The notes: generated by a model from the sequence alone, not told the origin. A DNA stretch of 64,000 nucleotides from an uncultured Nitrososphaerales archaeon (GCA_963713605.1 CAVQMO010000010.1:768001-832000); one strand, 5' to 3'. Numbered from the stretch's first letter, positions 10,738 through 22,719 are shown. Made by a program: numbers and translations.

Positions 10738-12133
10738 CTATCGCCTTCTATAATTCTTGCACCTGTCTAAAATTCTTCTAAGTAACTCTAGGATCAGCAA
10801 AATGTAAGTGCATATATGATGCAACACATGCATTATATGTTAAACCATCGTACTTCCCATTAATTCCTCGACCTCTTTGCATCTCAAATGAGAATTGAGA
10901 ATCTGAAGATAAGTTTACTAACTCAGAATAGTGAAATTCGTGGCCGTGAATATGAGAAATTCGACCCATTAGCTCACCACTACTTTGAGCCTCTGTATAC
11001 CCTATTGTAACACGGTCGGTCATAGACGTTTCTGTATCAAAAATATTGACCATCGAATATCTTCCCTGCTTCTGTCTTCGATTGTCATTTATTACTTTTG
11101 TCAGGTACATTAGACCGCCACATTCTGCAAGTGTGGGCATTCCATTGACAATCGATTTGTGTATTGACTTTTTCATTGAATTGTTCATTTCTAATCGTCG
11201 TGCCAAAATTTCAGGAAAACCTCCACCTATCAAGAGTCCGTCAACATCCTTAGGTACTGACTTATCCTTGATAGGACTAAAAAAAACTAGAGAAACATCA
11301 TTTTTCCTAAGTGACCTTAGATTATCATAATAATAAAAATTAAATGATTCATCAAATGCGACTGCAATTTTGCATGAGGGCTCTCTTTCATTTTTAAGTA
11401 GCCGGGGAGATCTTTTTTGATTTCTTTCGTTGGTCTTAATCGGCAGTATGCTATCAAGGTTGATCTGATCAGCAACATATTTAGCACAATTTAGAATAAC
11501 ATTTTTAGTCTTGCCTTTGATTTCAATAGGGGGGATAAGCCCCAAATATCTTTCGGCAGAACGGATCTCCTCATTTCGGTAAATGATCCCCAAAAGCTTT
11601 TTCTTTACATGAATACCCAATGCTTCGAGTATCATGTTTGAATGTTTTTGGCTCCCAACATTGTTTATGATAATCCCTGCAACATTCAGGCAAGGATCAA
11701 ACTTTGTATACCCAAGAATCATGGCAGCTACAGATTGTGAAGTTCTGGCTGCATCTACCACTAATATAACTGATGCATCGAGTAACTTTGAAATATGAGC
11801 AGTGCTTCCGAAATTCCTCTTCCCAGAGATCCCGTCAAATAGGCCCATTACCCCCTCAATTACTGAGAGATCTGCGTCCCAAGAGCTTCTATCAAAGCAT
11901 TCTAAAACTCCTTTTTTTCCCATTAACCAGAGATCAAGGTTCCTTGATTGACGACCAGTGACAAACGTATGGTAACAAGGATCGATAAAGTCTGGACCAA
12001 TCTTAAAGGGTTGAACAATAAATCCACATTCTACAAGTTTATGCATAATTCCCATTGATACTGTCGTTTTTCCTACTCCACTAGTTGTTCCAGCGATGAC
12101 AATCACTGGCTTTTGCAACAAGTACCTTCTCAC
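10738..12133 (-). CDS. cbiA: Cobyrinate a,c-diamide synthase
   Basis: 'SGVGKTT', 'FKIGPDFIDP', 'EGVMGLFDG', 'AECGGLMYL' and 'GHEFHYS'. A 1-nt indel near 10780 truncates the natural C-terminus 'RRILDRCKNYRRR*' ending at 10738. Confidence 0.95.
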
Positions 12134-12207
12134 CTCATGAATTAGGTTTAGTAGTATTCCGACTCAAATTGTACTCGTAAAATGGTTGTCTGAAATATCT
12201 GTAGTGG

Positions 12208-13860
12208 TCATAGACGACGTCCAACCGCGCTTTTACGAATGTTGATGTTGTATTTAAGACCGAACCTGTGAGATTCATCTCTTACATACCGAAGTAGCTT
12301 TAGTCCTTCATCATTAAAAGGCAAAATGAGTGGGTACTTATTACTGGTTGAATATATTTCTTCATTATCTTTTGCAATAGAAAAACAAGGTATATCCAAG
12401 TCAAGTAATCTCAAAGTTTCGACTGCACAGTTCAGATGTCCCTTACCTCCATCTATAAGTATCATATCAGGCAGTGGCAAACCCTTACTTACACTCTCAT
12501 TAGAATCTGGTCGGTATCTTCTCCTAACAATTTCTCTTATCATAGCAAAATCATCCTGTATTCCTTTATTTTCAATTCTGAATCTCCGATATCCGGATTT
12601 GGAACATTCGCCATTTACGAATCGCACACATGCGCCAACTGCTATGCTTGTTCCTAAATTTGATACATCGAAGCAGTCGATAATATATGGTATAGCTTCC
12701 AATTGTAGCTTGTTCCTTAGATTTAGAAGTGACGGGTGATATCCCTGTTCGACATACAGTAATAGGTTTGTCATTATTAATTCCATAATTTTACTACTGT
12801 CATCATGATGGAGCCCCTTTTGAACTGGTAGTATTGTTACTTTATGCCCAGAGATAGATTCAAGATACCTTCTAAGTGCATCAGCATCTTGAACTTTTTC
12901 ATTTGTATAAATATACCTTGGAACCATACCATCTGAATTATAGTATTGTGAAATGAACGTACCTAGGGAATTATCCCCTACGAGATCAAAGCTAGTATGA
13001 TTCCTATCCATTATTACTCCTTTTCTACGCTTCAAAGTTAGTACGTGGGCAACTCCCGTATCTTCGTTCGCCATGATACCAAAGAATTCTTCATCTGCAC
13101 CTCGATTTGATTTTGTTTCTATTTTTTGCTTTACTGTTATATTTTCAAGTCTTTGAATAGTATCGCGAAGGTCCTTTGCTATCTCATATTTGTGCTTCCT
13201 TGATGCTTCAGTCATCTCCTCTTTTAATCTGCCTTTTAATTGTTCCATATCGCTTCTTTTTGTAAGTACCTCATGCAACATCGTCACCTTGTCCATATAT
13301 TGTTCCCTTGATACATTTCCAATACATGGAGCCTCACAATTCTTAAGAAAAAATTCTAAACAAGGTTTCTTAGGTAATTTTTTACAAATTCTTACTTTAA
13401 ACAATCTTCTCAATGATCCTGTGGACAATATCTTTGAACTGCCATAAACAAATGGACCGTAGACCTTTCCCTTAGGACCAAAAAATTCACCGTTTCTGTT
13501 CCTTCGCGCAACAAGAAGGCGAGGGAATTCTTCTTGAGTTATTTTCAGATAGGTATATTTCTGCTGATACTTCAGCTCGATATTAAAGATTGGCCTGTAT
13601 TGTTTTATCAGACTTGATTCGAGAAGAAACGCTTCTGTTTCGTTAAGTGTGACTACGAAATCAATGTCTGCAACCTGTGAGAGTAAACGCGCTGTCTTGA
13701 TAGCATGATAACTGTCTTCAACCTTATTTACAACATAACTTTTTAGTCTTTTTTTTAGATTTTTTGCTTTGCCTATATATATCACTCGGCCGCTCTGGTC
13801 TTTCATAAAATAGACGCCCGGACCGTCGGGAACATGAATGATTTTTTGTTCTAAACTCAT
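12208..13860 (-). CDS. uvrC: Excinuclease ABC subunit C
   Basis: GIY-YIG domain 'PGVYFMK...[12 protein letters not shown]'; RNase H-like motifs 'FDVSN', 'IDGGKG' and 'RDESHRF'. Confidence 0.96.
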   Translation of the reverse strand: MSLEQKIIHVPDGPGVYFMKDQSGRVIYIGKAKNLKKRLKSYVVNKVEDSYHAIKTARLLSQVADIDFVVTLNETEAFLLESSLIKQYRPIFNIELKYQQKYTYLKITQEEFPRLLVARRNRNGEFFGPKGKVYGPFVYGSSKILSTGSLRRLFKVRICKKLPKKPCLEFFLKNCEAPCIGNVSREQYMDKVTMLHEVLTKRSDMEQLKGRLKEEMTEASRKHKYEIAKDLRDTIQRLENITVKQKIETKSNRGADEEFFGIMANEDTGVAHVLTLKRRKGVIMDRNHTSFDLVGDNSLGTFISQYYNSDGMVPRYIYTNEKVQDADALRRYLESISGHKVTILPVQKGLHHDDSSKIMELIMTNLLLYVEQGYHPSLLNLRNKLQLEAIPYIIDCFDVSNLGTSIAVGACVRFVNGECSKSGYRRFRIENKGIQDDFAMIREIVRRRYRPDSNESVSKGLPLPDMILIDGGKGHLNCAVETLRLLDLDIPCFSIAKDNEEIYSTSNKYPLILPFNDEGLKLLRYVRDESHRFGLKYNINIRKSAVGRRL

Positions 13861-16768
13861 TTTCTTGGATCCTGCTCTCTTATCACAGTGTTAAGTATCT
13901 GGTTTGGAAACAATTTTGATTTGAGGTATTTACCTGTTTGGCTGCAATCGCTTCGTGAGATCTCTTCCGGTGTGCCGCAGGCAACTATCTTTCCTCCCAA
14001 TTGTCCTCCTTCAGGTCCAAGATCTATTATCCAGTCGGCAGAGGCGATTACATCTAAATTATGCTCTATGATGATGACAGTGTTGCCAAGGTCAACTAAT
14101 TTTTGCAGGACATAAAGCAGTTTACTAACATCGGCGAAATGAAGCCCAGTAGTAGGCTCGTCAAGGATATAGACAGTACTTCCTGTGTCTTTTTTCGATA
14201 GTTCAGCCGCAAGTTTGATCCTTTGAGACTCTCCACCGGAAAATGTTGTCGCCGGTTGTCCCAAACGTATGTAACCTAGACCAACGTTACTAAGGAAGAT
14301 TAATTTTCTATATATGCTTGGAATATTCGAAAAGAACTCGAGTGCTTCATCGACAGTCATAGTCAAAATATCTGCGACTGTCTTTTTCTTGAATGTAATG
14401 CTTAGAGTTTCTGAATTGTATCTCTTACCCTTACAGGTATCACAGGTTACATATACGTCAGCTAGGAACTGCATCTCAATTCGCTTTACCCCCACCCCTT
14501 CGCATTCTTCGCACCTGCCATCGGGAACATTAAAAGAAAATCTTCCAGGCTTGAATCCTTTTTCCTTTGCCATTGGCGTCTTTGAAAATAGTTCTCTTAT
14601 CGGCGTGAATGCATTTACGTAAGTTGCAGCATTTGATTTTGGGGTACGACCAATTGGGGATTGATCGATCCCTATAACCTTGTCTACCAATTCCAGTCCT
14701 GTAATGCCTTTGTGTTTTCCAATCCGTTCTCGAGAATGATAAAAATGAGCCGATAATCCCTTAAAGAGTATATCATTGACCAGAGTAGACTTCCCCGAAC
14801 CAGACACACCAGTAACTAGAGTCAAGCAGCCCAACGGGAAGGAGACATCGATGTTCTTTAAATTATTCTCTTCAGCTCTATGCACTGTGATGAATTTATT
14901 TGCACTCCTTCTCTTCTCCTTTGGTCTTGTGACATGCAAAGCGCCAGTTAGGTATTGACCGGTAACTGATTCAACCGACCTAGATACGTCTTCTACAGTC
15001 CCGCATGCTACTACCTCGCCTCCATGGTTACCAGCTCCTGGTCCCAGAATCTAATACCCAATCAGAACTTCTTATTACTTCCTCATCATGTTCGACGATG
15101 ATTAGCGAATTCCCTAGCTCCCTAAGTTTTTTCAGAGTTGCAATGAGTTTCGCGTTATCTCTTTGATGTAACCCAATTGTAGGCTCATCTAGGACATAAG
15201 AGTACCCCAGAAAGATTTGAACCAATTTGAGTCGCCAACCTAATTCGCTGCGATTCACCTCCCGACAAAGTAGAAACGGTACAATTTAGCTGTAAATACT
15301 CTAAGCCTACATCCAAAAGGAATTGTAGGCGTGCTCTTACCTCTTTTAATATGGTTCTTGAAATGATCAAATCATTCGTTGAAAGTGCAATTTGGTTAAA
15401 GAATTTCAGGCAATCGCCTATTGAAAGATTGCACACATCCATTATGGATCTTCCATCAATCTTTACTGAGAGAGCTTCTTTTCTAAGCCTTTTCCCACCA
15501 CAAAACTCGCATAGGTGTTCACGCATATACTTGGCTATCTCTTCTCGCTTTGAATCAGATTCCGTTTGACCAAAAAGCCTTTCCAGATTGGGAATAACGC
15601 CTTCGAAATTTCCAGTGTATTCCCACTTACTCTCCGAATTTCTCGATTTGTAAATATACTGAATACGTTTGTCGGTCCCGTAAAGGATTACTCTAAGCTG
15701 ATCTTCAGTAAATTTGGAGATAGGTACATTCAAATTGAAACCAAAGTGTTTACCAACATCTCTGAGTTTCGACAATCTGAAGGAAGCGAACCGTCCTAGC
15801 CAAGGCTTGATGGCCCCTTCCAGTATGCTTTTCGACTTGTCGGGAATTATTAAATCGGGATCGAATTTTAGCTTGAAGCCTAATCCATTGCATTCTTTGC
15901 AAGCTCCGAATGGGGAATTAAATGAAAAGGAGCGAGGCTCCAACTCCCCTATGCTTAGTCCGCATGTAGGGCACGCATTTTGCTGAGAATAGATGTGTAA
16001 CTCATTATCCACCAGCATTGCAGCCAATCCGTTGCCTAACCGCAATGCCAATTGGACTGACTCAAATATTCGAGCTCGCTCTTCTTTGGATATCTCGAGC
16101 CTGTCGACAACCACTTCGATAGAGTGTTTCTTTTGTTTATCCAGGACAGGCAAATTTGACTCCCTCTCCACATTTCCACCTACTTGGTTGCTCTTGCCGT
16201 AACTATCTAGATTCGACAATACGCCATCAATTCTAACCCTTGGAAATCCATCTTTTTTTAGGCCTTCAAGTAGCTTTCTAAAGGATCCCTTTTTCTCTCT
16301 CACTACTGGGGAGAGCAGAATCCCTGTTCTTGCTTCAAAAGATGTAAGCATCGAATCACTAATGGCCTCTGTAGATTGTCGACTGATTCTTCGTTCACAA
16401 TTGGGGCAGAACGGAATTCCTATTCGAGCGTATAGCAAACGTAGATAGTCGTAAATCTCTGTAACTGTGCCCACGGTAGAACGCGGGTTCTTGTTTGTTG
16501 TTTTCTGCTGAATCGAAATAGCCGGAGAAAGTCCATCAATAGAATCAATATCAGGTTTGTCCATCATCTCTAAAAACTGTCTGGCATAAGCTGATAAAGA
16601 CTCCACGTATCTGCGTTGTCCCTCCGCATAGATCGTATCAAATGCAAGGGTAGATTTGCCTGAACCTGACAGGCCAGTAAAAACTACTAATTTATCCCTT
16701 GGGATAGTAACACTTATGTTCTTCAAGTTGTGCTCGCGCGCTCCCTTTACGATTATGTTATCAATCAT
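13857..16768 (-). CDS. uvrA: Excinuclease ABC subunit A (split into three ORFs by two frameshifts)
   Basis: Fragments 15185-16768, 15028-15258 and 13857-14939 together give both Walker A motifs ([16 protein letters not shown]), the zinc fingers and both SGGE signatures. Confidence 0.96.
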
Positions 16769-16786
16769 CGATAGTCCCTAAGCTCC

Positions 16787-18859
16787 TTAAGTTACAGGTT
16801 CTCCTAAGGCTTTTTTTATTTTGTATAATTTGCTTCTCAATTCAATTGCACGTTCGAAATTAAGATCGTCTGCATTCTTTATCATTTGATCTTCTGTATT
16901 ACGCGCAAGTTTAGCAAGATCTGATCTACTCATTGACTTTATATTCACATCTATAGAATCATTCTGAGAACTTGTTATGGGTTTCATAATGGATTTTGGT
17001 ATAATGTTATTTCTCGTGTTATATTCAACCTGCTTTTCACGCCGCCGATCGCTTTCACTAATTGCTCTTTTCATTGAATCAGTGACCTTCTCAGCGTAAA
17101 GGATAACTCTTCCATCAATATTTCTGGCAGCCCTTCCAAAAGTCTGGACGAGGCTAGTAGAATTTCTTAGAAAGCCTTCCTTATCCGCATCCAAAATTGC
17201 GACTAATGATACTTCGGGAAGATCGAGACCTTCTCTAAGTAGATTTACACCTACTAATACGTCGAATTCTCCGATTCTCAATTGACGAAGAAGCTCAGTT
17301 CTATCCAAACCTTTTATTTCCGAATGAATATACCTTACCCTGACATTCTTTTTGGTTAAGAAATCAGCAAGATCTTCCGACATCCTCTTTGTCAAAGTTG
17401 TAACAAGAGTCCTCTGTTTCCGCTCTATTTGCCCCCGAATCTCTTGGATTAAGTCTTGCATTTGATTTCGGGCCTCGCGCACCTCAACTACAGGATCGAC
17501 TAGACCGGTTGGCCTTACTAATTGTTCGACAACCTGCCAACTCCGCTTCAATTCATAATCGGCTGGGGTAGCTGAAATGAAAATTACGTTTTTCATGTAC
17601 TCTTCGAATTCTTTGAATTTTAAAGGTCGATTGTCTGCTGCACTTGGAAGTCGAAATCCGTAATCGATAAGTGTTTTCTTTCTTCCATAATCGCCATTAA
17701 ACATAGCATGTAACTGAGGTATGGTAACATGAGACTCATCTATTACCAGACTAAAATCTTCACCGAAGAAATCCAAAAGGCAATACGGAGGATCACCAGG
17801 ATTTCTTCCGTCGAAGTGTCTGGAGTAATTTTCTATTCCTTGACAATAGCCTAACTCTTGTATCATTTCTGTATCATAATTAGTCCTGGAAGTGAGCCTC
17901 TGCCTTTCAAGTTCAGAAGGGAGATTGGGTAGCCATTCTTCAAGCTCTTGACGTATAGCTGTGATAGCTGATTGCCTTCTGTCGTCACTAACGACGTAGT
18001 GCTTGGCTGGGAATATCTTCAATCTCTGTATCTCTCTCTTGGTATCCATGGTGATAGGATCGTGCAGAGACATCATTTCGATATTTTGCCCAAAAAGCTC
18101 TATTCTCAAAAGATCCTCCGAGTAGGCAGGGATAACGTCAATGGTATCTCCTCGAACTCTAAATCCTCCAGCCTTTAACGAAAGATCGTTTCTTTCGTAT
18201 CGAGCATCTATGAGCCTACTAATAATCCACTTTCGATCAACCTTGGAATTTCTGTCAAGCAGAATTGAATTCTGGTCCCATTCAACAGGGGAGCCTAAAG
18301 AGTATATACATGAAACGGTAGCTACTATGATCGTAGGCTCTCCAGACATTAACATTGCTGTTGCCTCTAACCGCATCTTCTCTATTCTTTCGTTTATTTC
18401 CGTATCCTTTTCAATATAAGTGTCCGTCTGAGGGAGGTAGCTCTCTGGTTGATAGTAATCATAAAAGCTCACAAAATAACCTACATTGTTTTGTGGGAAA
18501 AATTCCTTTAATTCGGTATAAAGCTGAGCTGCTAACGTCTTATTGTGGGATATTATGAGAGTGTTCTTATTAATAGCCGCTATCACATTTGCAACTGTAA
18601 ATGTTTTGCCGCTACCAGTAACTCCAAGTAGAGTTTGGCAACCACTCTTCTCTAAGGCTCCATTAGAGAGTTTGGATATCGCAGTAGGCTGATCCCCGCT
18701 AGGAGGAAAACAATTCGGAGATAGCATGAATCTACTAGACTTAATATTGCTCTGATACAATCCATCCTTACAAAGATCATTACGCGAATATAATACTATT
18801 ACATAAGTTATCCTAGCGAAAACTATCTCTGCATTTGAAGTCAGACTTGAATCGTTCAC
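16787..18859 (-). CDS. uvrB: Excinuclease ABC subunit B (true start probably 18727-18760)
   Basis: 'PSGDQP', 'GVTGSGKT', 'DYYQPESY', 'DESH', 'NLLREGLDLPEV' and a C-terminal UVR domain. Confidence 0.97.
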   Translation of the reverse strand: MNDSSLTSNAEIVFARITYVIVLYSRNDLCKDGLYQSNIKSSRFMLSPNCFPPSGDQPTAISKLSNGALEKSGCQTLLGVTGSGKTFTVANVIAAINKNTLIISHNKTLAAQLYTELKEFFPQNNVGYFVSFYDYYQPESYLPQTDTYIEKDTEINERIEKMRLEATAMLMSGEPTIIVATVSCIYSLGSPVEWDQNSILLDRNSKVDRKWIISRLIDARYERNDLSLKAGGFRVRGDTIDVIPAYSEDLLRIELFGQNIEMMSLHDPITMDTKREIQRLKIFPAKHYVVSDDRRQSAITAIRQELEEWLPNLPSELERQRLTSRTNYDTEMIQELGYCQGIENYSRHFDGRNPGDPPYCLLDFFGEDFSLVIDESHVTIPQLHAMFNGDYGRKKTLIDYGFRLPSAADNRPLKFKEFEEYMKNVIFISATPADYELKRSWQVVEQLVRPTGLVDPVVEVREARNQMQDLIQEIRGQIERKQRTLVTTLTKRMSEDLADFLTKKNVRVRYIHSEIKGLDRTELLRQLRIGEFDVLVGVNLLREGLDLPEVSLVAILDADKEGFLRNSTSLVQTFGRAARNIDGRVILYAEKVTDSMKRAISESDRRREKQVEYNTRNNIIPKSIMKPITSSQNDSIDVNIKSMSRSDLAKLARNTEDQMIKNADDLNFERAIELRSKLYKIKKALGEPVT

Positions 18860-19006
18860 GTTGGCGAGCGCTTTTCAGAAAAAATCAGGGGCTTATATTG
18901 CCGTTTTCAGCTAAAACCTATGCTCTATATGTGTTGTCATCGATAGATGGAATCCGCAAAAAATAGAGTTAACATCGCCCGTTAACTATCTCTTCAATGT
19001 TGGCGG

Positions 19007-19174
19007 TTAGCTCTCTGATGCGTTTTTGTGGTTATTTACTGCTGTCTTTTTTTTGGTCACTTCGTGACGTAAATCATCTGCCGTTAGTCCCCTGCCGCCT
19101 TCTACCGCTGTATTGTAGTTATCACGCTTTAGGGCGCTTTGATCCTTGAGTCTTTTGAGATTGTTTGTGCTAAT
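19007..19174 (-). CDS. Putative small protein (55 aa), not in the ORF track
   Basis: Open frame (I/M)STNNLKRLKDQSALKRDNYNTAVEGGRGLTADDLRHEVTKKKTAVNNHKNASES* with GGTGA SD-like motif before an ATT, and a hairpin plus T-tract downstream. Confidence 0.35.
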   Translation of the reverse strand: MSTNNLKRLKDQSALKRDNYNTAVEGGRGLTADDLRHEVTKKKTAVNNHKNASES

Positions 19175-19532
19175 TGGTTCACCCTACTCCAAAGAGGAGG
19201 CAGAGTATTGTGACCTGTGCCATGACAAGAGTGAAAGATTCTTTCAAAACTATAGAAGAATCTTATATAAACAATATCTTCGTTATGAGCACCTTACAGT
19301 GAGATGATATGAAATGGGAATGTATTCACTCTAACAGTATAATTGATAGGGCGAAGTTCACAGATTTCATAAAGCAAAGTGACAATGACAAGAACAGCAT
19401 TCAAGAAGCAAGAGTACAGAGTGGCGTCTACTACCAGACTAACTTAATGCCAGAACTGCAGAGTAAGACGAATAGCGTCGTTTTTCAAGTCCATAGTGTT
19501 TTTAAGCGGGATCGGCCAGGTACACCTGTAAA

Positions 19533-19751
19533 ATGAATGCTGAAGAAGCTAAGGCATTGTTGAATGATAGAGGAATATCCATTATGAATATGCCTGATGG
19601 CTATATGCTAACGGTATCCAGCAGGGAAGGCAGTCCGTCACGGCGTATCGAAATGGATGAAATGGATGCGATCTTAGTATTAGGCAAAATTAGACTGATT
19701 GCAGTTGAGGACACGGTTGGAGACATCCTTATCGAAGTATCAAAGTCCTAG
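19533..19751 (+). CDS. Hypothetical protein
   Basis: 72-aa ORF with protein-like composition; TTTTTAAG about 26 nt upstream suggests a leaderless gene. Confidence 0.55.
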   Translation: MNAEEAKALLNDRGISIMNMPDGYMLTVSSREGSPSRRIEMDEMDAILVLGKIRLIAVEDTVGDILIEVSKS

Positions 19752-20061
19752 ATCGTTGGAATTGCAATCTGATTTAGGCTACCATTATTTCAACTAGATA
19801 GCGCTTAATATAATCAGCATAACAAATTATAGACTATCTTCCTTAATATTCTCTTGTATAGAACACATTTGACAACCCTTGGCAGTATTCATGTCTTCAT
19901 GTTCTAAATCAGCAATCCAATCCTAGAACTAACGTCCATCATAGTGAACTCCGCTCGTCTAAGGTATAGAAATATGTCATTGAACCACTACTGTGGTGTA
20001 GGTTATGGACCAGAGTTTTTCTTTATAGTAAGTTAATATTGTTTATATTATTTGCAAGCAC

Positions 20062-20740
20062 ATGAAGGATATCGTGAATGACTACATAAACCCTGATAGT
20101 AAACACTCTGCTCTTCTTGTAATTGATGTTCAACTTGATTTTACTCTAATTGGTGCTGCCAGCTGAAATACCAGGTACATTGCAGGCTGTACGGTATATC
20201 CAGCGTCTAATTCGGAAGTATAGAGAGCAAGAAGCGCCTATAATTCAAGACTTTATAATGCAGATGGGTCTAATGCTGACCTCTGTAGAAGAAAGTCTAT
20301 AGAGAGTGGAAAGCAACTGGTCATTCCTGAAACTGATGGCGCTGAGCTGATGGACGAACTCAAGCCCTCAGCCGATATCAAATTGAATTCAACTTTATTG
20401 CTTTCTGGTAATCTTCAGCAGATAGGATTCTATGGAATGGATAATTTACAAACCCCGATGGGGCGCATTTTACAAAACAACATTAGAAAAGCATTTGCAT
20501 AATCTAGGTGTTAATACAGTAGTTGTATGTGGATGTAACTTTCCCAACTGTCCCCGCACAACAATATATGAAGCAAGTGAGCGAGATTTCAAAATTGTTA
20601 TGGCTAAAGATGCTACATCACTTGTTTATGACATAGGACTACAAGAGCTACAAAACATTGGTGTATCAGTAATGGATACTGATGAATGTATAGCCTGGCT
20701 TGGAGAATCTTATTCAAAATTTAAGACTATAAGCAACTAG
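20062..20740 (+). pseudogene. Isochorismatase-family cysteine hydrolase (multiply frameshifted)
   Basis: ATG at 20062 gives 'SALLVIDVQLDF'; a middle segment reads 'RLYNADGSNADLCRR'; C-terminal ORF 20432-20740 has 'KPRWGAFYKT' and 'GCNFPNCPRTTIYEASERDF'. Several indels, including an apparent multi-base deletion near 20247. Confidence 0.75.
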
Positions 20741-21089
20741 AAAAACTAAATGTAAAAAGATAGAGAAAAAAAGATATGGCCAATATCAACTTAGAAGTTT
20801 GGATTCAGTTGTCCAGAGCATGCTACATATATTTATTCTTCAAGTTGAATAAGATGGCCTATAAATAGCCTATAAATAACCATGCAAAGGGAATAATAAG
20901 TTCAGTGCTCGGGGTAGGAAGAAAGGGCAATTTCGAGGCTCGTCGAATGTCCTTCTTTTCCTCTCTATCCTAACTGACGTCTAACTGAAAAACTATGTAA
21001 TTTTGCTGAGGTTGGTTATTGATACGCCCCAACCCGAAGTTCGGTATTTTGAATAAAAATTCCCCTTTCAGATCCAATAACGACTGTTC

Positions 21090-21590
21090 TTAGTTTACCA
21101 CCAACACAGGGCATCTCGAATCTCTTAATACTTCGGATGCTACACTTCCAAGCAATACTTTCTTAATGCCAGATCTCCCCCGTGTTCCAATAACTATAAG
21201 GTTCACCATATTATGTACAGCGTAGTCCATTATTGTTGCTGATATTGAAGTAGATGTTACTATAACATCGTTCTCTAGCTTCATATTATATCTATTCTTA
21301 TCCGAAGTGCTGTTAACTTGTGCTATTTTATGATTAATAGTATTGAACTACTGGCCCGCATCCTGTTTCGCTGAATCCAGTATTGCAGCTAATGAGGTAG
21401 AATCTTCAAGTTTATTCAAATATGAAGCATATGCATAACCTAACTGTGAGTAAAATACATAAAGTGCTATTAATTTGGCCTCGTATTTTCTTGCAATTGA
21501 AATAGCAATATCAGCTGCATGCATGGACTGTTCGGAACCATCTATTGCAACCAAGACCCTGGATAATCTTTTTAATTTAGTTAGGTTCAA
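21090..21590 (-). pseudogene. Universal stress protein with a single in-frame TAG
   Basis: ORFs 21348-21590 ('VLVAIDGSEQSMHAA') and 21090-21284 ('VIGTRGRSG..KVLLGSVASEV...CPVLVV') are in the same frame, separated only by TAG at 21348-21350. Confidence 0.85.
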
Positions 21591-21996
21591 TATCTTCGTT
21601 TAATAAAACAAATAATTAAGCTAAACTATGGAATGACTGTACAACTTCGTGTTGCCGGTAGCAGTAAAGGTTCATTAGAGTGATTTAAAGGTCTTAACTG
21701 CCAGCACTAATTATATAACAATGAAGCGAGTATACTTCAGCAATCAGAGACGCTGAGGCAGCGAATTCTAGGGGTGATACAAATTCGGAGTCCTTCATAC
21801 GCCTAAAGGAAATAGAGATTTTTAAGGTAGTGGCAGTTCCTGTAATTCAATTTTTGATCAGGTACTAATTTGATGCATCAATGAGTCAGCCCGGGTTGTG
21901 ATACATGAGCGAATGAGCGGATCTTCAATTAAGCCATTTTTCGTTTAGCCAAAATTGTCGAGCAAACCTTTTCTTTAACTTCGCTTATATTATGAC

Positions 21997-22719
21997 ATGG
22001 AACTATCCGTCGAGTCGCTTACCAAAGAATCCTTTCTTTCCTTTTTGGAAAATGATGCAAACATTCGAGTAGATGGTTTCCTTGAGAGCGCGATGGCTGT
22101 TGCCGAAGAAGTTCATGAAGGTGTCACGAGAGAAGACGGGGTTTCATCATTTTTAAATACACATATTTGGCCAGTGGCAAAGAATGTGACAGTTCATTAC
22201 CGGAAGAATAACAAAGCCATTACAACAGTGGAGATTGCAAGCACGGTTCTACATGACGTCCTTGAGGATAACGATCGAATCCTCAATCTTTATGAAACTA
22301 GATCTTATGGATTTGACGCATATCTGCGATATCAATTTGGAAGTCGCGTGCTTAATGTACTTCACACTTTAAAAACTCCCGCACTGGATACTTATGGCGC
22401 CGCAAAGAAAGATATCGAACAAGAAAGATTTCACGATTACTGTGCTCATTTGGCCAACGCAGATTATGACATCAAGTGCATCAAGCTTTTCGATCGGGTG
22501 AATAACATGAAGTTCATTGAGTATACAGCTTCAACGAATAAGAAACCTGTAGTCTATACGAAGATAAAAAGATACCTTCTGGAGGCTGAGGACTTTTATC
22601 TAGCCTATACAATGCTAGAGCCAAGAATGCCAGAGCTATACAAGGAATTGAGGGGCTTATATGAACAATTGCGTTCGTATTATCTTGAGCAAACCTTAAG
22701 CCTACCTCATGCTCAATAG
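21997..22719 (+). CDS. HD-domain hydrolase, RelA/SpoT-hydrolase (Mesh1/SAH)-like
   Basis: 'AEEVHEGVTREDG..F..H', 'VLHDVLED' and 'IKLFDRVNNM' follow the RSH hydrolase motif order; no synthetase domain. Confidence 0.78.
   Translation: MELSVESLTKESFLSFLENDANIRVDGFLESAMAVAEEVHEGVTREDGVSSFLNTHIWPVAKNVTVHYRKNNKAITTVEIASTVLHDVLEDNDRILNLYETRSYGFDAYLRYQFGSRVLNVLHTLKTPALDTYGAAKKDIEQERFHDYCAHLANADYDIKCIKLFDRVNNMKFIEYTASTNKKPVVYTKIKRYLLEAEDFYLAYTMLEPRMPELYKELRGLYEQLRSYYLEQTLSLPHAQ

Noticed and set aside
13857..16768. Programmed frameshifting or a naturally split uvrA
   Set aside because: Same signature as the window-wide indel errors; the fragments join into one normal-length UvrA.
19146..19307. Small plus-strand ORF containing CDLCH (c-type heme motif)
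   Set aside because: No signal peptide; AOA are not known to have cytochrome c maturation; it spans a likely TATA region and overlaps a better-supported opposite-strand ORF, so the motif is probably chance.
19309..19536. 75-aa ORF
   Set aside because: No recognisable features, and it contains the apparent promoter of the next gene; not confidently coding.
21348..21350. Pyrrolysine recoding of TAG
   Set aside because: No pyl genes in view; TAG terminates many normal genes here (e.g. fpr, fixCX).
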